63,722 nt of DNA, filler included, from Octopus bimaculoides (GCF_001194135.2; 5 parts of 5 records of this genome joined end to end with filler, not necessarily neighbours in it); one strand, 5' to 3'; numbered from the whole stretch's first letter, positions 35,620 through 48,539 are shown. Notes: generated by a model from the sequence alone, not told the origin. Numbers and translations: made by a program.

Positions 35620-37520
35620 CCCATCACAAACATACTCTGTTGCATGTGTGTGTACACACGCGTTCTCTGTCACAAACTTACAGAATTCATACCAAGCCAC
35701 ACACGGCGTGCATAGATCTGAAAGTAAGAAACTACTTTACTTACGCTCCATCAAATGTTACGAAAACCCCTTCACATTTATGGCGAATAAATTTCAAATT
35801 ACCTATGTCAATAAACACAAACAAAAACCAAAATCAGTTTTCACGAAGAAGAAATGGGACGACAGAAATACATTCAAAGCAGGATGAGGAATTTATAGTT
35901 TAAATGACCAAGGAATGATAAGTAATACCCTTAAGTGATTCAGAATTTCTAGAAAAATGTTGCTTTCCATGTTATAGACGATAGACAATATGAGAAAGCT
36001 CCAAATTACTATCATCAAAGAATAATAATCAGCCTTAGAATATTAAGAAACTTATACAGAAAAGGCCTTGCAGACAAAACATACGTGTATGTTACCAGCT
36101 TTAGATGGAGAACCAACATCTTCCCTTACATTCCAAAGTGCACTTAAGTAAAAGAATAAGGGTACTATGCAAATGGACACACTGACACATAAATTATGCT
36201 GACAAATCTTCTTAAAACAGTCAATGAAATCTAGGTTCTGATATTTTGAATCTTTAGGAATTGGGACCATTAACTTCTGTTTAGATAGGTATACAGATGA
36301 ACTTACACTACGCATATTCAAAACAATTTTTATTAAATAAACTAAAATTTATTCTACAGCGCAACTCTTTTATATTTATTGACAGCTTTTACCGAATAGA
36401 ATTTAGGACTGTGCTGTGCACGGAATCAACTTTATATTTTGAAAATCTAATCATAAGTTATCTAGAGATTACAATGTATGAAAATCACCTAAAATGTATG
36501 GGAACCCGTTCTTTAAATGTGTACAGAAAAACCGTAAAACATACTACGAATATTTTCATTCTATGGAATGAAAGCATAAGAAGAAATCGAAATTCTTCAA
36601 TGTCTGTTACTACACAATTCACCATGAAATATGACCATAACAAACTTACGATTTTAAACATTTGAACAAAAGATTAACAATCCAACAGTGACAGTGATTT
36701 ACAATTAACCTAGAAAGTCCAAGCATTCAATTTCCTGCCGCCCGAGACACACCATAATAATTGTCTCACATAAAGTAGCGAAAAAGTGTCTGGAAGATTG
36801 TAGCTGATGAAAACACAAGAAATAAAAAAAATAAACTGCTTGTGTGGAAATGTCCACCATTCGTAATCGATAATAGGATAATGAGATTCAAAAAATTCAA
36901 TATCCTGGAACTACGACAATCAACTGAATGAAATATATTGGAACTGAAATCCTGCTTTAAATTCCCACCTACAATCCTGAAAACAATGAGGCATACAACA
37001 TCACATTCTAACATAGACCCACATTTAAACTAAATCAAACTTAGTCTGAACTAAATCCTCCAAGCAGATAACGCTATAAAGAGCAAAAACCACACCAAAT
37101 CAACGAATGTGAAACAACAGTGAATAAAGTAGAATATATAAAACGTGCTGTGCATTTAAACCTAACAAGAAAATCGATAGACCGTTTAAAAGAATAACAA
37201 TTCTTTCCAATAGAAAATATCTTCCTCTACAGCTGGAAACGTAACCTATGCAACTAAATGCTCAGGGTGTCAGGACATCATAGAACAAAACGGGATATGG
37301 TTATGATAAAGCATCACTTGCCTAACACCTGAATTAAGTTACAGGAATACATAACAAAACGACGTGACGAAGATATGTACCAATTTACAAGTAAAATAAT
37401 CAATGAAATTTACAGGTAAAAATCAATCAAATTTTACAAGTTAACCTTCATACGAATATCGTAATTGCACAAACAACAACGCATTATCGAAGAAAGAAAT
37501 GTCATCAAATATCGACTAAT
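35620..37520 (+). mobile_element. Heavily degraded Penelope-like retroelement
   Basis: KGLADKTYVYVTSFRWRTNIFPYIPK; FLLNKLKFILQRNSFIFIDSFYR...ENLIISYLEITMYE; IFILWNES; QFTMKYDHNKLTILNI; GIY-YIG-like YATKCSGCQ near 37245. Confidence 0.65.
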
Positions 37521-37671
37521 GTTATATAACGGTAGGAGAGGATAGGAGAAACTACTAAGACACAATAGATACTACTGGATCTCCCAGTGCTAACCGCAAC
37601 TACTTAGGCCCCCTTACATGAATGCTGTTTCTACTACTAATACCAAAACATTAATGGCAAAAGTCAATTTC

Positions 37672-37674
37672 ATT

Positions 37675-37732
<58 letters not shown>

Positions 37733-37757
37733 AGCTGCTGCTGCTGCAGCTGCTGCG
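37672..37757. repeat. Compound (CTA)n/(GCT)n microsatellite
   Basis: Direct reading of the sequence. Confidence 0.95.
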
Positions 37758-38029
37758 ATAGACCTCATAGACTTTCAGGAATTGTAATCAATTGTCTGTT
37801 GAACTATCTGGATAAATTGAGGTGTTCTGATGATGTTAGAGCGTTTAGAATGTTTATTATGCTTTGGTAGTAGTCTCTTCTATATCTAGCTCCTTACAAG
37901 CTTTGTAGACGAAAGATCTGGTAACTTTTAAAACTCAAGATATTTCTAAATTGCTATGCTCAGCCTTTAAAATCATGTGAGTGAGTCTCTTCTTATTTCT
38001 CTGCTTCCTGTATTCATACACACATACAT

Positions 38030-38072
<43 letters not shown>

Positions 38073-39033
38073 NNNNNNNNNNNNNNNNNNNNNNNNNNNN
38101 NNNNNNNNNNNNNNNNNNNNNNNNNNNNNNNNNNNNNNNNNNNNNNNNNNNNNNNNNNNNNNNNNNNNNNNNNNNNNNNNNNNNNNNNNNNNNNNNNNNN
38201 NNNNNNNNNNNNNNNNNNNNNNNNNNNNNNNNNNNNNNNNNNNNNNNNNNNNNNNNNNNNNNNNNNNNNNNNNNNNNNNNNNNNNNNNNNNNNNNNNNNN
38301 NNNNNNNNNNNNNNNNNNNNNNNNNNNNNNNNNNNNNNNNNNNNNNNNNNNNNNNNNNNNNNNNNNNNNNNNNNNNNNNNNNNNNNNNNNNNNNNNNNNN
38401 NNNNNNNNNNNNNNNNNNNNNNNNNNNNNNNNNNNNNNNNNNNNNNNNNNNNNNNNNNNNNNNNNNNNNNNNNNNNNNNNNNNNNNNNNNNNNNNNNNNN
38501 NNNNNNNNNNNNNNNNNNNNNNNNNNNNNNNNNNNNNNNNNNNNNNNNNNNNNNNNNNNNNNNNNNNNNNNNNNNNNNNNNNNNNNNNNNNNNNNNNNNN
38601 NNNNNNNNNNNNNNNNNNNNNNNNNNNNNNNNNNNNNNNNNNNNNNNNNNNNNNNNNNNNNNNNNNNNNNNNNNNNNNNNNNNNNNNNNNNNNNNNNNNN
38701 NNNNNNNNNNNNNNNNNNNNNNNNNNNNNNNNNNNNNNNNNNNNNNNNNNNNNNNNNNNNNNNNNNNNNNNNNNNNNNNNNNNNNNNNNNNNNNNNNNNN
38801 NNNNNNNNNNNNNNNNNNNNNNNNNNNNNNNNNNNNNNNNNNNNNNNNNNNNNNNNNNNNNNNNNNNNNNNNNNNNNNNNNNNNNNNNNNNNNNNNNNNN
38901 NNNNNNNNNNNNNNNNNNNNNNNNNNNNNNNNNNNNNNNNNNNNNNNNNNNNNNNNNNNNNNNNNNNNNNNNNNNNNNNNNNNNNNNNNNNNNNNNNNNN
39001 NNNNNNNNNNNNNNNNNNNNNNNNNNNNNNNNN

Positions 39034-39354
39034 CTGCAGCAGCCTCGGTTTCAGAGGAACTCGGCTCTTCAATGCCCTGCCAAAACATTTGAGAGATATG
39101 CAAGACATGGATGCGGAGGTCTTCAAGACAAAACTTGACACTTTCCTCTCCACGATACCAGTCGAACCAATGGCTCGTAATGAGACGCAGTTTAGGGCAG
39201 CTATGTCAAATTCTCTTATACACCAGATGTGCCATCAAAACTCTTGATTGGACCATGTCAGGTGGGGGAGAAGAGCCATGCAAGGAACGTGAAAATCACG
39301 GTGGTGCACCAGCATGACCGCAGCCACTTGGCTGAAACACATAAATAAATAAAT
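39034..39354 (+). mobile_element. CR1-type LINE 3' end (ORF2 terminus, 3' UTR, (TAAA)n tail)
   Basis: CSSLGFRGTRLFNALPKHLRD...VFKTKLDTFLSTIPVEP...NSLIHQ. The terminal stem-loop CAGCC-actt-GGCTG is followed by aaacacataaataaataaat. Confidence 0.78.
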
Positions 39355-40555
39355 ATATATATATATGTGTGTGTGTGTGAGTGTATATACCGAAGTAAGC
39401 ACATAAAATGTGCAACAAGGTGGATAAAAGTGTACTCAAATACCAGATGTAGAGTAATGTGCTTTATTTAAAAGCAGCAGAAATATATATATGCTAGTGT
39501 ATGTATGTGTGTGTGTTTGTATGTATGTTTTTCAACGGTGGAGATATGTGACTCGTAGAGGCCTTGATTATGTTATCAACGCATGCATTGCTAAGATGGA
39601 TGATAATCCATAATATTTTGGTAAGAACAAAATTTCCTAATGTGTTACCTCACTTAAACATTCATTGTAAATCCTCGTGTAATATGGAAGAAATATACAC
39701 AACAATATTTTTGCTTAAATTTGGACGAAATCTTTAGGAGACTACGTTCCTGGACATTCCAGGAATTAGCATCTGGCTTATATGGGTTTAAACATTACAT
39801 AAATACATAATCTACTAATCGACTTTTAAAATGTTTATTTAAAACTTGTATCATTAGAAATAATGATTATGGTCTTAAATAATCGCAGTACTCATCATCT
39901 TAATAATTACGCTAGTATTTCATACTCGAATATTGCATTTTCAAATGTAAAGCGCAAAACAGAATTCACGAATTCAAAGTTCGCCGTTCGCAAATGCGTA
40001 TGCACTTAACCATATGAAAGCAATTTTCTGACTCAGATTCATAAAAGGTCTTCTGTATTGCCCTGACCATCAAAGCTTTCTATTTTAAATCATTTCTATT
40101 TCTGGAGAATTTTTGTAGAAAGCATGGATTGTATTCTGCTTAGTTTCTGTTAATATCGCAATATTTTCAAAATACTTATAATGCTGTCACCGAAAATCGA
40201 GTAAATGAATCATAAATTCTTTGATTATATTTACGCCTCATTATTAGAAAATAAAGAAAAATGTCCAGCGTCAAAAATAATTCATACAATGCATAATAAA
40301 CTGAAAATGATGTGTTGCTTGTTCAAGAAAGTTTAGAATGGCGTTGAATATTTACAATATTGATTATGGAAGCAACCAACAAAATTCAATAGAGCCGCAG
40401 TGATATGATAGCTTGTTACTTAAAAATAGCAACAACGGGTTCAACTTTCTTATTCATAGATCCAAAGAGTTTAAATGATTCCCGTATTTAAGACCATGAT
40501 GGGTGTGTAAGCAACAAATAGGTGTATTAGTTTAACGCTCAGGAAGTGACAAAGT

Positions 40556-40590
40556 CTTTTATGTTTCGAGTCTACGCTCTTCGACAGACA
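40556..40590 (-). ncRNA. Hammerhead-like motif, CUGUCGA core variant
   Basis: Minus strand reads ugu CUGUCGA A GAGc guag aCUC GAAAC AU A AAAG. Confidence 0.45.
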
Positions 40591-40674
40591 TGAATACAGA
40601 ATAAACAGGGAGGAAAATTTAAAAAAACGTTTTAGTGGCTAGCAATCTATCAGGGCGAATATATATATATGATA

Positions 40675-40717
<43 letters not shown>

Positions 40718-41411
40718 CAATTCATTTTTCTCTGTTTTTAATATATATGTTCATATATACACTAGATGAAATCACATCTTGAAGTCGGTGTAAGTATGTA
40801 AATATGAATTTATTTATACTACTGTGCATCTATGAGTTTCTGTTTGTTCAGCAGAAAGTGTTTGTGTGGAACTTTGAATTATGTAAAGCTCACTATCAGT
40901 CCATTGAAAGTTGTCAGTTTAGATAGAATAAAACTCTAATATATGTGTTGATAAAGAATACGCAGCATTATATTTGCAGATAAAGAATAATCAACTAAAT
41001 GATACTAAATTGCATATAGCTAACATCACATTTAATCCTGACTCTTTTATTACCTAGAGTGATAAATATTTATAGAATTTGCAACAACTAATGAAACCTT
41101 TTTCTATCTGGTCAATTACGGAAGTATTTAAAAACATTTTATTATTTATAATTCATATCCTGAGTGGTAGAAATTTAAGTCAAACCAAAGTAACACCCGC
41201 CTCTTCGTTATCTTTATATTCTTTGCTAAGGTTGTAGATATTTCATCGCTACTGAGATGTTTCAACAGTTCAACTGCTTTTGTATTTCTATATATGTGTC
41301 TGGAGTTTTCGTAGTACACATGAATATAATCAAAATAATATCTATGGCATGTAGTGGAATGATGGAGACGTTTCAGCGATCAAAAATTATTACAAAGAAT
41401 AAAATAGATGA

Positions 41412-41421
41412 TTACTACTAA

Positions 41422-41463
<42 letters not shown>

Positions 41464-41522
41464 AGCTGCTGCTGCCGCTACCGCTACCGCTGCTGCTGCT
41501 TCTATTACTACTACTGATGATG

Positions 41523-41582
<60 letters not shown>
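41412..41582. repeat. Compound (ACT)n(GCT)n(GAT)n(AAT)n microsatellite
   Basis: Direct reading. Its (AAT)n end abuts a Dong-like fragment. Confidence 0.95.
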
Positions 41583-41925
41583 TTGCAACAAGTATGGTCT
41601 TGACAGAGAAAGAGATTGGTATGACCACAAAGCCGAAGGCATCGAAAATGATGGTGCAAAGATCCTGTAGAATTTTATGATTCAGTGCGACCATGAGATA
41701 GAAAATATGAAGCCAGACATAGTCTTAATCGAGAAAGAAAGTAAACTATGCTGGATCATATATATAGCACGCCCAGCTGACAACAAGGTATGCGATAAGG
41801 AAGAAAGAAGATCAACAAGGTATGACAGTTTAGCTTGGGATGTAAAGCAGTTGTGATTAATGGAAAAGGTAGTAGTAGTACTAATAATTGTCGGAGCCCT
41901 GGGGACAGTGAGTAACAATCTCGAA
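41582..41925 (+). mobile_element. R4/Dong-type LINE RLE-domain fragment
   Basis: CNKYGLDRERDWYDHK; NFMIQCDHEIENMKPDIVLIEKESKLCWIIYIA.PADNKV..KEE; IIVGALGTVS. Confidence 0.85.
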
Positions 41926-41928
41926 TGA

Positions 41929-42005
41929 AGGTATATCAGCCGAAACTTTGTGTTAGCAACAAACAAGTTAAGGACAAATATCCGTCAAATGTAAATAATG
42001 TACTC
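41929..42005 (+). mobile_element. 3' half of a PLE-type hammerhead terminal repeat (same family as 58860-59000)
   Basis: ggtatatcagccgaaactttgtgtt..caacaaacaag..aggacaaatatccgtcaaatgtaaataat is near-identical to 58927-58996. Confidence 0.75.
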
Positions 42006-42449
42006 TTTTCTCCAAATAATTTTTTGTTCACTTTTTAAACGTTTATGTTCTCTTTTTCTTTTTTTTTTTTCAATAGCACCCCTTTAAAATTCCTCTATTC
42101 TTCTTTTGATTGATTTTATATTTACAGCTTTCCACTCATCCGACGAAACGATTATCATTTTCCGATTCCACATATATTTACTTGCGTTTCGTGAATGAAT
42201 TTGCTTACTCCTTCTATTATTGTCCTATGTCTTGATTTCATTTTTCGACTGAGAGAATTTAGGCATTGTAATGGGTATTGGGAATTATCTTCCTTGGAAT
42301 AAAAATAAAATATAATTCAATTAGAAAAAACAAAACAGAGAGTGGAAAAGAAAAAGAATGTAAAGGAAAGTGGACTTTCAGTTTCCTTGCATACAACTAT
42401 ACACGTGTTTATGTGCGTGTATGTACGTTTGTCTAGGTACTTTAGAAAA

Positions 42450-43760
42450 TCTTCTGTGGGGAATTTGAGTGAAGATACAGAAACTGTAGGATAATTTCTT
42501 CAGTATTTGTTTAATGTAAACTTGTAAAAGAGTAAAATTGTAAATGATTATTTATTTACTATTATGGGGATGGTATATTGTATACCTGGATTGGGTAGTT
42601 GGTTAGATGCTAACAAGTTTAGTCGTAATTAAAAATTATTGGTTTAAATTGTTTTAGAGATTTTAATATTTTGTTCTTGCATGAAAAGTGTAGATCCCAG
42701 TTTCGCTTCAGAATTTGATCCAACAATGTTAGAATGTGCTACGTCTCATTTGTACAGTTTGGGGGGTTTTGTTATTACCTTGGTATATTTGAGAGTGCGG
42801 GAGTACTTACCAACTGACGCTGAAAAGACATAGTTTGGATAATGACGTACGATTTTTCCTCTTTGGGTTGTGATAAGTGAGCATGTGGTGGTTGTATCAT
42901 GTCTTCAAGTGCTTTGCTGTATATCAAATACATGTAGATACAGTAGTTTATGTCATGCTCATGGTTACCTTTGCAATATATACGATATTTCTTCGGAGAT
43001 ATTTTCTTACTACAGGGCAGGATAAAGAGGACCTACACATGAATTTGTTTCTGTGGATGTAGTTTAAGTTTTCTGGTTGTAGTTGGCTACAGTATCTTTC
43101 AAACTTGTTGGTAGTCGAGTGTGTCTATTTGTCACTGAGTATGTGTAGTAATTTGTAATATATGTGTTTGGGGTGGAAGTGTTTCCAAAGGATTTGAAAA
43201 ATAATTTAATTATTCTTGTGGAAACTTCTATGTTGAAATAAGGATTATACAATAACATTTTCCTTTTTCTATTTTATATGTTTTATTTACTGTGGGAAGA
43301 TTGCTCAATATATGTTACGGTTTTTCCTTCTTTACAACTGCTATTATTGAGAGCTTCATTATATGGAGTTGCTCTTTGGTTTATTATTTTTTTCATTTGA
43401 AGGCTAAGAGGAATTATTTTCCTGAGGCATGTGAAAACATTTTGGGGTGGTTGGAGTGTTTATGAAGATACTGAATTCTTTCCATATCTTTATTTTATAG
43501 TTTATAGATACTTGATTCCAGTTTGAGAATAACATCGAGAAAGTTGACTGACCTTTGTAGTGTTTCTACTGTGATTGAGAATCCCAAGTTCTTGAGTAAG
43601 CACTGTATTACCTACTAATTATCTTAGTCTTTTGCGGGATATATTTTCTCAGTAGCAGACTGTCGTCCCTTATAGACACTTTGAAGTGGAGTGAAGTTTG
43701 TTGTGTAATTTTTCTATTATGCAAAGTCCAACGATGCGGGTATCTCCGCAAAGACCATTA
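42450..43760 (-). mobile_element. Degraded Penelope-like element of a second lineage (YRDD-type RT plus GIY-YIG)
   Basis: Minus strand: VYRDDSLL, SVNFLDVILKL, RKRKMLLYNPYFNIEVSTRIIKLF, and C..SLSCPV..KYLRRNIVYIAKVT (GIY-YIG N-terminus). Confidence 0.7.
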
Positions 43761-44151
43761 ATCCCTTGCATACATCAAATGGTTCTGTAGTGTCTTTCTT
43801 AAACCGAAATTCATTGTTGTGGAAGAGGAGCTATTTTCTTGCTTGCTCGGTTTCGTGTATTGTGGTTATAGTTTTAACGAATCTCAAAGAAGCTATGAGG
43901 CTAGTTTTGTTACTGACGCATAGCGCTCTTTTATGTCAAACTGGAAGAAACGTCATCTGTTTTTTTTAGAAATTCGCTGCTGGAATCTATAAATTTGCAT
44001 GTGCTGTTCCAGAGAGGTAATGTTCATTTTGTTTTTATCTTTTGTGACAAAAAATATATGTAAACACTTACATACATGCATACATATATATACATACACT
44101 CAACCCACACACAGACAGACATACACACAGACACACATATATATGGATAAC

Positions 44152-44225
<74 letters not shown>

Positions 44226-44448
44226 NNNNNNNNNNNNNNNNNNNNNNNNNNNNNNNNNNNNNNNNNNNNNNNNNNNNNNNNNNNNNNNNNNNNNNNNNNN
44301 NNNNNNNNNNNNNNNNNNNNNNNNNNNNNNNNNNNNNNNNNNNNNNNNNNNNNNNNNNNNNNNNNNNNNNNNNNNNNNNNNNNNNNNNNNNNNNNNNNNN
44401 NNNNNNNNNNNNNNNNNNNNNNNNNNNNNNNNNNNNNNNNNNNNNNNN

Positions 44449-44493
<45 letters not shown>

Positions 44494-45320
44494 CACACAC
44501 ACGTATATATAGACATGATGATTTCGCGCATATTTATATCAGCTCAAATAATGTTAGAACATCTATCAAGTTATGAAGATCAAAGTCTTTGTTAAATTGT
44601 GAGGATAGGTAACACCTCTATGGGAAGTTGCAGCCATCCCTATGTGATCTGCCTTCCTTACAAACAAACGCAAACACACACACACATAAATATATGTATA
44701 CATATACACATTTGTGCGTGTTTGTGTGTGTCTGTGTATGTATATGTCTGTTATTCTTTCAGACGTAAGACTGTGGACATGTTGGGTTACCATATTGAAG
44801 ATTTTTTAATCGAAAGGCTCTACTCTGGTTTTTATAAATTTTAATCCTGATACTTCCTCTATTGGGGTCTTTGCGACACCACTAATTTTCGGGAACTTAA
44901 ACACACCAACACCAGTTGCCAAAAGTCGGTGAAGGACAGACAGTATGTTTGTGTGTGTATGTTAATTTGTGTGTATGTTTGCGAATGTGTTTTACGCGCA
45001 CGCATTTGTATATTTGCTTGTCACCCACTACTGTTTCATAGTCGATATTGGCGTGTGTTTACTTCCAGTAAATTAGCGGTTAGGGGACTGAACCGACAGA
45101 ATAAGTTTCAAGCTATCAGGAGGTCTTACCAACATTTACTGGTGTCGATCAATTCCACTAAAATTCAAGTCGGTGCCACAGCATGGCCGCAGTCATGTAT
45201 GTATGTATGTATACGTATATNNNNNNNNNNNNNNNNNNNNNNNNNNNNNNNNNNNNNNNNNNNNTTAATTAATTAANNNNNNNNNNNNNNNNNNNNNNNN
45301 NNNNNNNNNNNNNNNNNNNN

Positions 45321-45360
<40 letters not shown>

Positions 45361-45839
45361 GTACTGGACGTCACCAACTGTAAACAACATTAAGTACGAA
45401 AACACATGAGTTAAATATACAAACAACGAGAGAAAGAAAGAAACAAATCGAAAACAGGGCAAGAACGACCCTTCATCAGTTGTCGACTGTCTATCTACTC
45501 CTCATTTCGGGCATTGAATAACAATATGAGTCTTCGGAGACAGTTGCTCCCATAAGTACCAAAATAAAATTTGGGATTTATGGTGGGTCAAAGTCGGGAA
45601 CCAAAACAGGACATTGGAGAGAAACAAGGAAACCGAACGTAAACAAGCATGGAGGGTCGTTAGACCAGAACGAAAGGAAAGTAGTGAACGCTGGAAGAAA
45701 TATTTTCTTTGAAAAGAGAAAAGATAGAAGAGAGAGATAGAAGAGAAAAATAGAAAACATCCATTTTTTAGAACGTCGTGAGGAAAAGAAAGATGGACGA
45801 TGGCCACGTGTTAGCAACGACAGAGAAAAAAACACACAG

Positions 45840-45879
<40 letters not shown>

Positions 45880-45885
45880 ATATAT

Positions 45886-46060
45886 ACACGACAAGCTTTC
45901 ACATAGTTCCCTTCTACAAAATTCGTTCACAAGACATTGGTCAGCTTAGTATTATAGTAGTGTAGTAAAAGACACTTGTCGAAGGTGCCAGACAAGGAAT
46001 AGTACTGAACCTGAAACAATCTGATTACAAAGCGAACTCCTTAACCACACAGCCACGCAT
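45886..46060 (-). mobile_element. Octopus-type SINE head; further partial copies at 45010-45197 (+) and 46975-47200 (+)
   Basis: Minus strand: gcgtggctgtgtggttaaggagttcgc...caggttcagtac...tggcaccttcgacaagtgtctttt. The other copies carry the gcggtt/ccagcatggc tail. Confidence 0.7.
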
Positions 46061-46604
46061 GTTTCTTTCTTTCTTTATTTGTTTATTTATTTAATTATCT
46101 TTTTATTTATTTATTCATTTATGTATTTATTTATTTATTGGTCTGAGATCTCTGTTGCAGAAGACGACAGTTTTTGAAGTTATCTTCTTACTGACTATTG
46201 GGATTCGTGAAAGAGTTAAAGGTAATTGTTTGAGGCGGTGTAAGGTGGTTTAAGGCGGTGTGGAGTTAGCTTACTGTTAGCTACAAGTCGGTAACAAGTG
46301 CCCCGTTATACAGACAAAACAGGCGTTATCTTACCTCCTGATCAGAACAGGCTTGTTTTATGGACATCTTTTTTAATTAACTTGAACCTTGTGTAAAATA
46401 ACAAATCAGTACGACTACGATTATTGTTATTATAAGTGTTATTGTTGCTGTTATTGCGATAGTGAGCGTGGTGAGATCGGTGGTGAGGCTTGGCGGGTTT
46501 AATGGTGGTGGTGGTGGTGGTGGTGGTGGTCGAATTAAGAGACGACTACCAGCTGGTTTATAACGGGAAGTCTAGTGCTGTGACAACCGCAACTGCTGCT
46601 GCTG

Positions 46605-46635
<31 letters not shown>

Positions 46636-46763
46636 AATAAATTATGAAAATCACCAACCGCAACGTTAAGGGGCACATACATTTCCATAAACGCACACAT
46701 ACACACAAGCATAAATGCATACATACACACACACACACATGCACGCACACACACACACACGCA

Positions 46764-46795
<32 letters not shown>

Positions 46796-47310
46796 CACAA
46801 ACGCACACACACACACACACAAATGCATACATATATACATACATTCACACATGCATACATACATATTAACATATATACATACATACGTATTCACATACAT
46901 AAGTATTCACATACATATATACATACAGATGCACACACATAAACATACACACACACTCACACACACGCATATCAACTTGTGCGTGTCTTTATGTCTGTAT
47001 TTGTTCCCCATCACCACCTGGGAACTAGTGTTGGTGTGTTTTCGTCCCTGTGACTTAGTGGTTCGGTAAAACTGACAGAATAAGCACCAGACTTTAAAAC
47101 AAAATTAAGTACTGGAGTAGATTCGTTCGATTAAAATTCTTCAAGGCAGTGCCACAACATGGCTGTAGTCTAATGATTGAAACAAATAAAAGATTATATA
47201 TATATAATTGATTAAAAAATGGAGAAAAACACAAGAAAAAAACAACGACAACGTGAGGACGTGGTACGTGCAAAGTATTTATAAGACCCTCAGCGAAGGG
47301 AAGAAAGGGT

Positions 47311-47345
47311 ATTTTGCGTTTCGAGCAAAGCTCTTCTTCAGAAAT
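47311..47345 (-). ncRNA. 35-nt minimal hammerhead-ribozyme-like motif in a PLE-type terminal repeat
   Basis: Minus strand reads AUUU CUGAAGA A GAGC uuu GCUC GAAACG C A AAAU: canonical CUGANGA core, perfect stems I and II, C instead of U at 16.1. Confidence 0.65.
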
Positions 47346-47481
47346 AGGAGACAGAGGGAAGTCGAAGAGAAAAGGAAGACGGAGGAAAAAAGTCGCCAAC
47401 AAACCACATGTAGTTGAGCACATAAGTGCAAAACAGGGTGGAAAAAATAGTACTCGAATACCAAAGGTAGAGTAATGTACT

Positions 47482-47640
47482 TTTATTAAAGATGCAAAAT
47501 TACCATACAACTGTTACTCAGAGTTTCACACTCCCGTTCGTCCGACAGTTGTAATGATAACCTTTCATCACAACTATCGGACGAACGGGAACGTGAAACT
47601 CTGAGTAACAGTCCTGTGATAATTTTGCAACTTTAATAGA
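47482..47640. repeat. Hairpin/palindrome with about 70-bp arms; each arm carries a hammerhead-like motif (47511-47548 minus, 47574-47611 plus)
   Basis: ctgttactcagagtttcac..tcccgttcgtccga.agttgt pairs with acaact.tcggacgaacggga..gtgaaactctgagtaacag. The motif is CUGU CGGACGA ACG ggaa CGU GAAA CUCUGAGU A ACAG. Confidence 0.9.
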
Positions 47641-47643
47641 AGG

Positions 47644-47695
<52 letters not shown>

Positions 47696-47748
47696 ATACA
47701 TACATATATTCATATACATATATCTACATACAAGCATTCATTTATACA

Positions 47749-47779
<31 letters not shown>

Positions 47780-48310
47780 TTCAGGGTATCGTAGTTTGTA
47801 AGAATAATATTAAGGACAAAAGCTACAATAAAGTAAAAACAACAGCAAAAACAACAACAATGACGACGGGAACGACGATGACAATAGCAACATTACCACA
47901 GCAGCAGTATCGACGGCTAGATCATCATCTACCTCATCATCATCAGTCGTAGCTGCAGCATCACTCACAGCAGCAACAATTCCAGTTATATGTCTTCGGT
48001 CGCGTCTTGCCGAAATAACTCATTAGCAATGCTCGGTGGAGCGTAAGAACGAGGTCATTACTAGATGTAGAAGTTCGACAAAAAACGGGGGTAAACATGG
48101 TAGGGAGGGCGAGACGAAGAATTATAGAAAGGTAATAAGGGTGAAGCAGAGGAAAAGAAAAAGTGGTAGTGGAGAGAGAGGGTGGAGAGAAAGAGAAGGA
48201 AGCTGTGAAGAGAAAGAAAGCGAGACCAGTGATATTAAGATAGATGTGGGTGTCATCAGAGGGGACTTGCCTTGGACCGTATTGATAAGAGGCTAAATTG
48301 GAAGTGGAGT

Positions 48311-48314
<4 letters not shown>

Positions 48315-48379
<65 letters not shown>
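48315..48379. repeat. (GATA)n microsatellite
   Basis: Direct reading of the sequence. Confidence 0.97.
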
Positions 48380-48539
48380 CTGAAATTTAGGTACCGTTTC
48401 TTTTGGGTGCAAAAGTTTGTAACAAAAGTACAGCTTTGAATTTGATGGAAAAATTTTGAGCACTTTAAGAGAACTTTACACGAAGATTCTTTCGTTGTGG
48501 TCAATGAATATTTCTTTCGATTATTATGATTGACCACTA

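Noticed and set aside
43900-43960. ctgacgc...gaaacgtc, suggestive of a hammerhead
   Set aside because: The core lacks A9, and no stem I or stem II can be formed.
45445-45485. Minus-strand CUGAUGA A GGG..CCC, hammerhead-like start
   Set aside because: No GAAA follows stem II (it reads UGUU) and there is no stem III.
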